Assembly: GCA_020348445.1 (NCBI GenBank)
Contig: CP070751.1
Span: forward strand, 4,956,303 to 5,020,302
Length of the DNA stretch: 64,000 nt
DNA from: Thermoplasmata archaeon
GTDB taxonomy: Archaea; Thermoplasmatota; Thermoplasmata; GCA-020350865
Direction: 5' to 3'
The notes beneath the pieces were generated by a model. That model worked only from the letters and a program-made list of their open reading frames with translations, was not told the DNA's origin and did not search any database. Each line of letters begins with the position of its first letter. Within the stretch, counting starts at the first letter, position 1. Positions 10,404 to 19,566 of this stretch are shown piece after piece. The position numbers and the translations under genes are program-made.

Positions 10404-12818
10404 TATCAACGGAAATGTAGTGAAATAAATATCAAGGCCATTCTCTCGAGGATCCTGCCAGACGAGAAAGATGTTACCAATTGGGTCAACTGCGATATCT
10501 GGTTGACGTTGGTGTAATTCCTCTATGTCATTGTTGACCCTTTTATTGATAGAGAAGGTGTTTCCACCATCATTGGAATTGGCATAATAGATATCAGTAT
10601 CGGTAAAACCGTTTCTGTTATCTTCCCAGGCGATATAAATGTTACCTACACCCTCTGCTGCAATAGATGGATAGTATTGCCATACAGAGGAACCATCGTC
10701 ATTGACCTTTTTATTGGCAGAGAAGGTGTTGCCACCATCAGCAGAGTTTGCGAAATAGATATCAGAATCGCCGTTTCGCTCATCGTACCAAGCAATATAA
10801 ACATTGCCAGCACTGTCAACTGCTAATGAGGGATTACGTTGCTGTTCTGAACCAACATCGTCATTGACCTTTTTGTTAGGAGAAAATGTGTTTCCACCGT
10901 CAGTAGAATTCGCAAAATAAATATCAGAATTGCCATTTCGAGAATCCCTCCATGCGATATAGATCTCCCCCATATCCAATGCTGTAATAGATGAATCACT
11001 ATGTGAAGCTCCGGCAAGATCGTCATTGATCTTTTTATTTGGAGAAAAAGTGTTTCCGCCGTTAGTGGAATTCGTAAAATAGATATCCCAATTACCGCTT
11101 CGATGATCGGACCAGGTGATATAGATATAACCTGAATTATCAACTGTTATAGAGGGGGAATCTTGCCATTCCCCTATACCATCATCATTGACAATTTTAT
11201 TGGTTGAAAAAGTATTTCCCCAGTCACTAGAATTAGCAAAGTAGATATCTGTATCACCATTTCGCCAATCGTACCACACGATATAGACGTTACCGATATT
11301 ATCCACTGCAATACATGGACCTGCCTGCTCGAAAGCCCCAACATCATCATTTATTTTTTTATTTACTGAGAAGTTGCTCCCACCAGAGGTTGAGCATGCA
11401 AAATAGATGTCAGAATCACCATTTCGCTCATCCTGCCAAACTACATAGATATTGCCTGCATCATCCACAGCTATTGCGGATTCATATTGATATGCCTTTT
11501 TCAAATCGTCGTTTAGCTTTTTATTAGTTGAGAATGTATTTCCCTGGTCAGTTGAATTTGCAAAATAAATATCGTAATTGCCATTTCGATTATCCTGCCA
11601 GGTGATATAGATAGTCCCTGTATTGTCCAATGCCATAGTGACAGCATTTTGCGTTGTGCTACCAACATCGTCATTTACTCTTTTATTTACTGAAAAGGTG
11701 ACTCCATTATTGGTAGAATTGGCAAAATAGATATCTGGATTACTGTTTCGCCGATCATCCCATGTGATATAGATGTTACCTACTGTATCAATTGCTACAA
11801 ACGGATCGTATTGAGATACCCCGCTTCCATCATCGTTGATCTTTTTATTTGATGAGAAGGTATTTCCGCCATCAGTAGAGTTGGCAAAATAGATGTCCCA
11901 GCTACCATCTCGATTATCCTCCCAAACAAGATAAATATTGTTAGCACCTTTTGCGCTTATATGTGAAGTGCTTTGCCCTGCTGCGATACCATCATCATTG
12001 ACCTTTTTATTGGGAGAAAAAATGTTTCCCCTATCAGTAGAATTCACAAAATAGATATCTGAATCACCGTTTCGAGTATCTGTCCAGGCAATGTAGATTT
12101 TGCCCGCATTATCCACAGTTATGGATGGTTCAAGTTGAAATGCCGAGCCCGCATCGTCATTTACCTTTTTATTGGGTGAAAAGGTGCTCCCGCCATCAGT
12201 AGAATTTGCAAAATAGATATCATCATCACCATTTCTTTTATCTGTCCATACAACGTAAATGTCCCCTGCATCGCTAACCGCTATGGATGGAAAGTCTTGA
12301 ATCGTTCCACCAACATCATCATCAATTCTTTTATTGACTGAGAATGTGTTTCCACTATCAATGGATTTAGCAAAATAAACGTCACGATCACCATTTCGTT
12401 CATCTATCCAGACAACATAGATATAGCCTGTATCATCTACTGCAATGGAGGGATTATACTGCGTGGTCTCACTCCCGTCGTCATTAATCTTCTTATTGGC
12501 TGAGAAAGTTATCCCCCCGTCGGTAGAGTTTGCAAAATATATGTCACTGTTACCGTTTCGATTATCATCCCATGCGATATATATGTTGGCTGCATCGTTT
12601 ACTGCTATGGAGGGGCCATATTGTGAGGCAGTACCAGGAACCATAACGATTTCATTGACCCTTACATTGGATCCAAATGGTAAATCTGCTTTCACTTGAA
12701 TAAAAAGATAGGAAATCAGCAGTATAGCTGTTAAGATAGCATGCACTTTCAAGAAATTTCGCACTTCTCGATATTTTTTAAAGAAGTAATATGGTGCTGT
12801 CCTCATATTTTCCTCCAT
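9606..12818 (-). CDS. Secreted/surface protein: N-terminal signal anchor, about 14 BNR/Asp-box propeller blades, FN3, conserved 183-aa C-terminal domain
   Basis: About 13.5 tandem 52-aa units, each with 'DIYFANSTDGGNTFS' (Asp-box S-x-D-x-G-x-T-F/W). Then FN3-like 'IQVHDITDTKATIIWRSNRPANSTLEYG...GRLYHFRITSYN'. Then the C-terminal domain shared with 14369, 17337 and 22508. Confidence 0.8.
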   Translation of the reverse strand: MEENMRTAPYYFFKKYREVRNFLKVHAILTAILLISYLFIQVKADLPFGSNVRVNEIVMVPGTASQYGPSIAVNDAANIYIAWDDNRNGNSDIYFANSTDGGITFSANKKINDDGSETTQYNPSIAVDDTGYIYVVWIDERNGDRDVYFAKSIDSGNTFSVNKRIDDDVGGTIQDFPSIAVSDAGDIYVVWTDKRNGDDDIYFANSTDGGSTFSPNKKVNDDAGSAFQLEPSITVDNAGKIYIAWTDTRNGDSDIYFVNSTDRGNIFSPNKKVNDDGIAAGQSTSHISAKGANNIYLVWEDNRDGSWDIYFANSTDGGNTFSSNKKINDDGSGVSQYDPFVAIDTVGNIYITWDDRRNSNPDIYFANSTNNGVTFSVNKRVNDDVGSTTQNAVTMALDNTGTIYITWQDNRNGNYDIYFANSTDQGNTFSTNKKLNDDLKKAYQYESAIAVDDAGNIYVVWQDERNGDSDIYFACSTSGGSNFSVNKKINDDVGAFEQAGPCIAVDNIGNVYIVWYDWRNGDTDIYFANSSDWGNTFSTNKIVNDDGIGEWQDSPSITVDNSGYIYITWSDHRSGNWDIYFTNSTNGGNTFSPNKKINDDLAGASHSDSSITALDMGEIYIAWRDSRNGNSDIYFANSTDGGNTFSPNKKVNDDVGSEQQRNPSLAVDSAGNVYIAWYDERNGDSDIYFANSADGGNTFSANKKVNDDGSSVWQYYPSIAAEGVGNIYIAWEDNRNGFTDTDIYYANSNDGGNTFSINKRVNNDIEELHQRQPDIAVDPIGNIFLVWQDPRENGLDIYFTTFPLIIFNIQVHDITDTKATIIWRSNRPANSTLEYGLTTAYGFTFQDNNMKILHSYNLIDLEPGRLYHFRITSYNDSINYSISRDFTFTTKFPIDLELGWNMISLPLNRTETNLGKALENISGDYDTVQWFDIADPVDPWKHYHIKKPSSLNDLTDVDKHMGLWIHITNPLGTTLYVDGTGPETGYVNKITLNYGWNFVGYPSLIERPPDSSGLPVDVDMVMWYNASSGLWESWDPGSYTSDNLNLLRPGQGLWIHYTGVTDVWTLEYVN
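10496..12656 (-). repeat. Tandem coding repeats (156-nt BNR blade units, about 13.5 copies)
   Basis: I counted 14 occurrences of the D[IV]Y[FY] blade motif in the translation. Boundaries are approximate. Confidence 0.7.
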
Positions 12819-13102
12819 GATTGCTTATACATAGATTGGTTGAAATCATGTTTGATCCCCTATATAGCATTTCTCGTTTCATTGTAAACATTACCTTTTT
12901 ATTTGATTGCTACCCCTCCACCCTATGCTAATATTATTCCATACTCTAAAGAGAGGATTCAGGGGGATCTGAGGATATAACTTGTAAATGATTTGTATAT
13001 AATCTGCATTATATCCGTATTAATTTTTCACCTAATTGTGAAATTCTCTTATATATAAATGTCCCCATTGCACTTTCATAAATAATTACGGTGGTGAAAA
13101 AA

Positions 13103-13405
13103 ATGAAATATATGGTTTTTCATAGACATACTGCAGAAATGTGTCCGGGAGGAAGTGTAAGGCCCGATAAGGAGTTCGTAACGAAACTAAATGATCAGAT
13201 GCAAACCGACGGCGTTAAGTTAATTGAAGGCTACATGGATATACCAGGCCACGAGATGTACTTTATCATAGAAGCAGAGGATATTTCAAAACTGAATGCC
13301 GCAATTGAACAACTAAGGTTGGTTGGAGATACTAACAAAATTGTTCCCATAATGAACTTCTCTGATGCAGTAGCATATGCAAAGAAAATGGGATTACAAA
13401 AGTAA
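13103..13405 (+). CDS. Small hypothetical protein
   Basis: 100-aa ORF 'MKYMVFHRHTAEMCPGG...'. The ATG at 13103 is preferred over the upstream GTG. No family recognised with confidence. Confidence 0.4.
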   Translation: MKYMVFHRHTAEMCPGGSVRPDKEFVTKLNDQMQTDGVKLIEGYMDIPGHEMYFIIEAEDISKLNAAIEQLRLVGDTNKIVPIMNFSDAVAYAKKMGLQK

Positions 13406-13514
13406 TACATAAAGGTATGAGACTGGAGGTTTGAGCCTTGATTCTTCAGCCTCGCTTCCTCCAAACTCTGAAACACAGCCACATCCTCTTGAAAATTTTC
13501 AGAAGCCATGGGAA

Positions 13515-13553
13515 GGGGAGAAGATAAAGAAATATAAAGAGAGCATGTTATGA
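13515..13553 (+). repeat. Methyltransferase 3'-end repeat, copy 3
   Basis: Translates to '..ENFQKPWEGEKIKKYKESML*', compare copy 1 'VFRKPKEGEKTKKFKESMA*'. The stop codon sits at the same relative position. Confidence 0.6.
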
Positions 13554-13667
13554 ACAGTACACCGAGGGAGCAGGCTTAACCGAGTTACATTACTAGTCTT
13601 GCTTGTGGCGACAGTTTTTTATATTGTAATTGCGTATTACATTACGACGAAGAGGAAGGCAGATTAC

Positions 13668-14246
13668 ATGGCTCAATGTCCAAGATGTCGAAATCCAATG
13701 AGTTATGTGCAGCAGTACGGGAGTTATTACTGCCAGGTTTGTAATCAGCACTATCGAATGCTGCAGCCTGCGGCCCAGCAGCCTGTAAAGAGCGAAAGTA
13801 ACAAAGGTGTATGGATTGTTGTTGGGATCATTGTTGTGTGTTTTATTCTTGCGACAATGTTCATGATAATAACTGGATCTGATGATTCTTCTAATACCGG
13901 AACCAACAATTCACAAAAGACACCACAGGGCTCTTTGACATTTGTCAGCGATCCAGAAATGGAGGGCGCATATCATGGAACGTTTCAGGGATCTGTGGAT
14001 ACCAATGATATCAATATCTCAGCCTACGATGAAAGTCAGGGTGAAACCAGAATTATGGAGCAACCAGAAATATACTACTCCATGCAAGTTGGAAATGGAT
14101 TGACCATTACCTATTTCGACGACAACAATAACGGAAGATTAGATGCTCCCGACACCTTGACCCTTCACTATGCAGAACCTGATGATGTGATAACTGTGAT
14201 TTACAGGCCCACTGGGGAAATCATTGCTTCATATACGATAAGTTAA
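13668..14246 (+). CDS. Single-pass membrane protein with N-terminal zinc ribbon and extracytoplasmic C-terminal domain
   Basis: 'CPRCRNPMSYVQQYGSYYCQVCNQHY' (CxxC...CxxC), then TM 'VWIVVGIIVVCFILATMFMII'. The ATG at 13668 is preferred over the TTG at 13599. Confidence 0.5.
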   Translation: MAQCPRCRNPMSYVQQYGSYYCQVCNQHYRMLQPAAQQPVKSESNKGVWIVVGIIVVCFILATMFMIITGSDDSSNTGTNNSQKTPQGSLTFVSDPEMEGAYHGTFQGSVDTNDINISAYDESQGETRIMEQPEIYYSMQVGNGLTITYFDDNNNGRLDAPDTLTLHYAEPDDVITVIYRPTGEIIASYTIS

Positions 14247-14368
14247 ATTCTTTAAATTTTCCACCTATAAAGGTCTTAGCCTTTTTATAGGGGAAGATAA
14301 AATCTTCCACTAGTAGAGGAAGTGAAACTTCTCTCTTTAATCCCGTTAAAGTTTATTATTGTAGAAGT

Positions 14369-15166
14369 TCAGTTCACATATTCCAAGGACCATACATCAG
14401 TCGCTCCAGTATAGTGAATCCAGAGTCCCTGCCCAGGCTTTAACAGATTGAGATTATCAAGAGAATAAGAACCAGGATCCCAACTTTCCCACAAACCCGA
14501 ACTCGCATTGTACCACATAACCATGTCCACTTCGGCAGGCAAATCCGAGGAGTCTGGAGCTCTTTCTATCAAGGATGGGTATCCAACGAGATTCCAGCCA
14601 TTATGCAATGTGATCTGGTTGATATATCCGATTTCGGGGGCAGTGCCAGGAACATATAAGGTAGTTCCCAAGGGATTGGTAATGTGAATCCATAACCCCA
14701 TGCGTTTGTCAATATCTGTTAAATCGTTTAAAGAGGTTGGCTTTGAGATATGGTTGTGTTTCCAGGGATCGACAAAATCTGTGATATCAAACCACTGCAC
14801 AGCGTCATAATCCCCTGATATGTTCTCCAACACTTTTCCAAGATTTGTATCGGTTTGATTCAAAGGCAAAGAAATCATATTCCAACCTAGCTCCAAATCT
14901 ATCGCGAACTTCGTCGTGAAAACGAAGTCTATGCTAATGTTGTAGTTTGTGGAATTATTATAAGATGCAACCCTGAAATGATAAAGCCTCCCTGGCTCAA
15001 GTCCATCAAGCTTCATGCTGTGTGTGGTCACGAAAGAGCTGTTATGAATGGTAGAGCCGTAGGCTGGGGAAAATCCATACTCAATCGTACTATTAGCGCG
15101 TATATTGCTTTTCCAAGTTATTATTGCCGTGGTGTCTGTCCTATCTAGCACTTGAATATCAAAGAT
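14369..15166 (-). repeat. Conserved FN3 + C-terminal-domain cassette, copy B
   Basis: See 9606-10403. Confidence 0.85.
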
Positions 15167-16444
15167 TCTGCATAAGGTTCTATTATCATATCGCTGTGCA
15201 AAAATTCCCTCTTCACTTCCATCCTGGTTTTTTGATTGCCATGCGATCACAAAATTGCCGTTGGGATCCATTCCTGTCGATGGCGCCCTCTGATCATTTG
15301 TTTTGTGGCTGTTCACTCGGAACTCCACATCCAGTGGATTACCACTATTGTCGAAGCGTTGTGCATAAATCCCGTAACCGCTTCCATCTTGCCCCTCTGA
15401 TTCCCATGCAATCACAAAGTTACTATTTGAATCAATGGCTACAGAAGGGAAATGTTGCCTGTTAGTTGTATAGGTGTTTACTTTGAATTCTCCTCCTACA
15501 GGCTCACCGATATCATTGTAACGTTGCGCGTAAACATTTTCGTAACTTCCACCTCCACTACCTACTCCGGCCCATACAATCACAAAATCGCCCAACGAGT
15601 TCCTGGCTACAGATGGGTAGTATTGATAGCTGGAAGTAAAGCTGTTCACTCGGAACTCTCCTTTTATAGGAATACCACCGCTGTCGTAGCATTGCGCATA
15701 GATCCCGTAACTAGATCCATCTTGCTCAACAGAGTGCCATGTAATAACAAAATTACCATTTGCGTCCATGGCTGCTGATGGATATTCTTGGTCATTTGCT
15801 GTATAGGTATTTACTTGAATCTCTGTTCCTATAGGATTTCCATCTTTATTGTAAAGCTGTGCATAAATTCCTTCCTCACTTCCATCCTGCAAATTCGATT
15901 CCCATGCAATCACGAAGTTGCCATTTGAGTCCATGGCCGCAGATGCTAATCGTTGATTATCTGTTGTGTAAGTGTTTACTCTAAACTCTCCCCCCTGAGG
16001 ATCACCACTGCTGTTGTAACGCTGTGCAAAAATTCCCCCTCCATCACCCGTTCCAGATCCCGACCAGGCAATCACAAAATGTCCTGTCGAGTTTATTGCC
16101 ACTGACGGCGCTGCCTGACCGCCTGCCGTATAAGTGTTTACTTGAAAATCTCCTCCTAAAGGATTTCCATTGCTATCGTATCGTTGTGCAAAAACACCCC
16201 AGTTGTTACCATCTTGTTGATATGAGTTCCATGCAATTATAAAGTTGCCCTCAGGGTCCATTGCTACTGAAGGTCGGGTTTGATATGACGTCGTGTATGT
16301 ATTCACCTGAAACTCTTCCCCTACAGGTTCACCTTCATTAGGTATGCTTAACATGAATGTAGAAAGTGTTATGCTTATTACCAGAACGGCAACAGGTATT
16401 ACTAGCGATTTTGTCCATTGGGTTCTACCTATCATTACTAACAT
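14369..16444 (-). CDS. Secreted/surface protein: signal anchor, 7-blade 'FxVNTYT' propeller repeats, FN3, conserved C-terminal domain (paralogue B)
   Basis: Seven about 48-aa repeats ('EFQVNTYTTSYQTRPSVAMDPEGNFIIAWNS..QDG...G[IV][FY]AQRYD..GNPLG'). The ATG at 16444 ('MLVMIGRTQ') aligns with the starts of paralogues C and D. The upstream GTG at 16474 is not conserved in frame. Confidence 0.8.
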   Translation of the reverse strand: MLVMIGRTQWTKSLVIPVAVLVISITLSTFMLSIPNEGEPVGEEFQVNTYTTSYQTRPSVAMDPEGNFIIAWNSYQQDGNNWGVFAQRYDSNGNPLGGDFQVNTYTAGGQAAPSVAINSTGHFVIAWSGSGTGDGGGIFAQRYNSSGDPQGGEFRVNTYTTDNQRLASAAMDSNGNFVIAWESNLQDGSEEGIYAQLYNKDGNPIGTEIQVNTYTANDQEYPSAAMDANGNFVITWHSVEQDGSSYGIYAQCYDSGGIPIKGEFRVNSFTSSYQYYPSVARNSLGDFVIVWAGVGSGGGSYENVYAQRYNDIGEPVGGEFKVNTYTTNRQHFPSVAIDSNSNFVIAWESEGQDGSGYGIYAQRFDNSGNPLDVEFRVNSHKTNDQRAPSTGMDPNGNFVIAWQSKNQDGSEEGIFAQRYDNRTLCRIFDIQVLDRTDTTAIITWKSNIRANSTIEYGFSPAYGSTIHNSSFVTTHSMKLDGLEPGRLYHFRVASYNNSTNYNISIDFVFTTKFAIDLELGWNMISLPLNQTDTNLGKVLENISGDYDAVQWFDITDFVDPWKHNHISKPTSLNDLTDIDKRMGLWIHITNPLGTTLYVPGTAPEIGYINQITLHNGWNLVGYPSLIERAPDSSDLPAEVDMVMWYNASSGLWESWDPGSYSLDNLNLLKPGQGLWIHYTGATDVWSLEYVN

Positions 16445-16474
16445 TTTACCCTTCAGTACCTCATTGAGATTCAC

Positions 16475-16552
16475 AAACCTAAAGTTTTCGGTCTACAGGG
16501 AACCTGAAGGGAAGGGGAGAATACCAAGAAATTTAGAGAACGTATGGTTTAA
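16475..16552 (+). repeat. Methyltransferase 3'-end repeat, copy 4 (also the upstream region of paralogue B)
   Basis: 'NLKFSVYREPEG' followed, after a frameshift, by 'REGENTKKFRERMV*'; compare 'EHLFVFRKPKEGEKTKKFKESMA*'. Confidence 0.6.
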
Positions 16553-16677
16553 TCATCCGATAACGATATTCACCATTCAAATTCATATTAATAGAGGAAC
16601 ACTTCACTGATCAAATAATACAACCGAAAGTTTTAATAGCATGTCTAAACATAAAGTTTATACAGGACGTATCTTAA

Positions 16678-16953
16678 ATGCACAATCTGAAATATAATAA
16701 AAAACTATGCATTCCAAGCCTGGATGCACTGAAAGATATGTCCAAAAATAATATCCCACCTACTCTTGTAGAACGCATCATACTAGAAGGAGAAGATTTC
16801 AAGGATAGAAAAATGGGTAAAGGTGAAATAGGTAGATCTATTAAAAAAGGCAAATTTGAAATATTCGTAAAACTCGTTCCAAGCTATTCTTACTCCTTGG
16901 ACGAAGAAGTATGGGTGATAAAGCATATCGGAAAAAGGAGGTTAAAGAAATGA
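16678..16953 (+). CDS. Small toxin-like protein (DUF4258-like layout), first gene of a coupled pair
   Basis: 91-aa basic protein. Its TGA stop overlaps the ATG of the next gene (ATGA at 16950-16953). Confidence 0.35.
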   Translation: MHNLKYNKKLCIPSLDALKDMSKNNIPPTLVERIILEGEDFKDRKMGKGEIGRSIKKGKFEIFVKLVPSYSYSLDEEVWVIKHIGKRRLKK

Positions 16954-17273
16954 AGAAAAAGAGTGTAATTGAAGGGGCTATTAAATGTCCTGAGTGCGGT
17001 AAGAAATGCAAACCTATCACTATAAGTGTTTCAGGAGCAAAAGTAAAGGGATGGAGATGTAGCTGCGGGTACGAATTAATAAGTCCCGAAGAAATTGAGA
17101 AAGTTTATTTACTAATGCAGGCGAAGAAACATGAGAAGGTAAAAATCTCAAAAAGAGGCAACTCATACATGATTACCATTCCAAAAGCGATTGCCGAGGC
17201 TATACAGATAGAAAAAATAAAAATTGCCGAGGTATTTCTTAAAGATGAGCATACTATTTCTGTGAAGGTTTGA
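16950..17273 (+). CDS. Zinc-ribbon + AbrB/SpoVT-like antitoxin-type DNA-binding protein
   Basis: 'CPECGKKCKPITISVSGAKVKGWRCSCGYE', then the swapped-hairpin motif 'VKISKRGNSYMITIPKAIAEAIQIEKIKIAEVFL'. 'GGAGGT' lies 8 nt upstream of the ATG at 16950. Confidence 0.55.
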   Translation: MKKKSVIEGAIKCPECGKKCKPITISVSGAKVKGWRCSCGYELISPEEIEKVYLLMQAKKHEKVKISKRGNSYMITIPKAIAEAIQIEKIKIAEVFLKDEHTISVKV

Positions 17274-17336
17274 TTTTTACCATTTCACAAAGGGTTATGC
17301 CCAATTAATTATGTATATATTTTTTAATGTACAAGA

Positions 17337-18134
17337 TCAGTTCACATACTCCAAAGACCACACATCAGTTGTTCCAGTATAGTGAACCCAAAGGCCCTGC
17401 CCGGGTCTCAATAGATTAAGGTTGTCAGAGGAGTAAGAACCTGGATCCCAGCTTTCCCATAGACCCGAACTCGCATTGTACCACATAACCATATCCACTT
17501 CCGCAGGCAAACCCGAGGAGTCTGGCGGTCTCTCTATCAGAGATGGGTATCCAACTAGATTCCAGCCATTATGCAATGTGATCTTGTTGATATATCCGAT
17601 ATCAGGTGCAGTACCGTGAACATATAACGTAGTTCCCAAGGGATTGGTTATGTGAATCCATAATCCCAAGTGTTTGTCAATATCTGTTAAATCGTTTAGC
17701 GAGGATGGTTTTGAGATATGGTTGTGTTTCCAGGGATCAATTGGATCTGTGATATCAAAGCACTGCACAGCATCATAATCTCCTGATATGTTCACCAACA
17801 CCTTCCCAAGATGTGAATCGGTTTGGTTCAAAGGCAAAGAAATCATGTTCCAGCCTGGCTCCAAATCTATCCGATATTTCGTTGTGAATGTAAAATCAGA
17901 ACTTATGCTATAATTACCTGAATTATTGTATGAACTCACTCGAAAATGATAAAGCCTTCCAGGTTCAAGTCCTGTCAAATCCATTCGGTGAAAGATCAAT
18001 TTAGAATTGTTCCCAGTGGTTAAATCGTAGGTAGTAGAAAGACCGCATTCTATTGTACTGTTGGCGGGTTTACTGGTCTTCCAGGTTATGGTTGCATCAC
18101 TATCGGTAATGTCAAGCACTTGAATATCAGAGAT
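17337..18134 (-). repeat. Conserved FN3 + C-terminal-domain cassette, copy C
   Basis: See 9606-10403. Confidence 0.85.
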
Positions 18135-19409
18135 TTTAAATGGGATTATATTGTTATATCGTTGCGCATAAATGCCATAGCTGCTCCCATCCTGGTCTTT
18201 TGATTCCCATGAAATCACAAAGTTGCCATCTTCGTCCATCCCTATTGATGGAAAGTCCTGTACATCTGCCGTGTATGTATTCACTTTGAATTCATTTCCC
18301 AAGGGATTACCAACGCTATCGTATTGTTGTGCATAAATGCCATAATTACTCCCATCCTGTCCATATGATTCCCAAGTGATCACGAAGTTACCGCCTGAAT
18401 CCATCGCTACTGATGGACGTCTTTGGTAATTTGATATGTAGGTGTTTACTTGAAACTCCGGTCCCATGGGATTACCATTTCTATCATAGCGTTGCGCATA
18501 AACACCATATCCACCACCATCCTGTCCATTTGAATCCCATGCAATCACGAAATCACCCTCTGGGTCCATGGCTACAGAGGGCCGACATTGAACATCTTCT
18601 GTATGGGTGTTAACTAGAAACTCAGCACCCTCAGGGTTGCCATTGCTTTTATAACGTTTTGCATAAACTCCCCAGTTACTTCCATCTTGTCCATACGAGG
18701 ACCATGTCACCACGAAACTACCGGTGGAACTCATTGCTACTGACGATTCTCGTTGATCCTTTGTTATATATGAATTTACTCTAAACTCCCCTCCCAAGGG
18801 ATTTCCATTATTATCATAGCGCTGTGCATAAATACCATAACCATCGGTATCCTGATCATATGATTCCCATGTAATTACAAAATTGCCGTTTGAATCCATG
18901 GACACTGCGGGATTACATTGGGCATACGGTATACGTGTATTTACTCTAAACTCAGTTCCCTCAGGATTTCCATCTCTATCAAATCGTTGTGCATAAACGC
19001 CCCATCCATTTCCATCTTGTCCGGAGGATTCCCACGCGATCACGAAGTTCCCGCTCACATTCATTGCCACAGAAGACATCCATTGCGTATCTGTTGTGTA
19101 TGTATTAACTTGAAAATCTGTTCCAATAGGGCTTCCATTTCTTTCATAAAGTCGGGCATAAATGCCTTTAACATCACCAGCACCAGCTCCATGCCATGTA
19201 ACAACAAAACTGCCGGTGGAATTCATTGCTGTTGATGGCAAAAACTGGCCAGTGGTAGTATATTCGTTCACCCGAAACTCTCCTCCAACAGGTAGTCCTT
19301 CATTTTCAGTGCTAATTATGAATGTAAAAAATGTCATGCTGATTAAAATGGTACTAATCAATATTACAAGTAAATTTGTTTTCTGGGTTCGCCCTACCTT
19401 CACTATCAT
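17337..19409 (-). CDS. Secreted/surface protein, 7-blade 'FxVNTYT' propeller + FN3 + conserved C-terminal domain (paralogue C)
   Basis: Seven repeats counted (FRVNEYTTTGQ ... FKVNTYTADVQ). N-terminus 'MIVKVGRTQKT' plus a TM. Confidence 0.8.
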   Translation of the reverse strand: MIVKVGRTQKTNLLVILISTILISMTFFTFIISTENEGLPVGGEFRVNEYTTTGQFLPSTAMNSTGSFVVTWHGAGAGDVKGIYARLYERNGSPIGTDFQVNTYTTDTQWMSSVAMNVSGNFVIAWESSGQDGNGWGVYAQRFDRDGNPEGTEFRVNTRIPYAQCNPAVSMDSNGNFVITWESYDQDTDGYGIYAQRYDNNGNPLGGEFRVNSYITKDQRESSVAMSSTGSFVVTWSSYGQDGSNWGVYAKRYKSNGNPEGAEFLVNTHTEDVQCRPSVAMDPEGDFVIAWDSNGQDGGGYGVYAQRYDRNGNPMGPEFQVNTYISNYQRRPSVAMDSGGNFVITWESYGQDGSNYGIYAQQYDSVGNPLGNEFKVNTYTADVQDFPSIGMDEDGNFVISWESKDQDGSSYGIYAQRYNNIIPFKISDIQVLDITDSDATITWKTSKPANSTIECGLSTTYDLTTGNNSKLIFHRMDLTGLEPGRLYHFRVSSYNNSGNYSISSDFTFTTKYRIDLEPGWNMISLPLNQTDSHLGKVLVNISGDYDAVQCFDITDPIDPWKHNHISKPSSLNDLTDIDKHLGLWIHITNPLGTTLYVHGTAPDIGYINKITLHNGWNLVGYPSLIERPPDSSGLPAEVDMVMWYNASSGLWESWDPGSYSSDNLNLLRPGQGLWVHYTGTTDVWSLEYVN

Positions 19410-19439
19410 TTTTACCCAATATATTCAATTGGATTTCAT

Positions 19440-19536
19440 ATACCTATACTTTTCGGTGTTTAGATTATCAAATTATGGAGATGAATATTTTACCCCCGAT
19501 ACATTAAAATACAGAATATTATATTTATTCAGATAA
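19440..19536 (+). repeat. Degenerate methyltransferase 3'-end repeat, copy 5 (upstream region of paralogue C)
   Basis: 'CCTATACTTTTCGGTGTTTAG' matches 'CCTAAAGTTTTCGGT[CG]TACAG' at 16478 and 24659. It translates to 'YLYFSVFR...'. The remainder is poorly conserved. Confidence 0.35.
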
Positions 19537-19566
19537 GAACAATGACGATTAACAAAGAGGTTTTAC

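Noticed and set aside
10496-12656. Regular 156-nt periodic repeats, considered as a possible CRISPR-like or satellite array
   Set aside because: The period is in-frame coding sequence (BNR blades) with diverged units and no spacer/repeat alternation. No CRISPR array or cas genes are present anywhere in the window.
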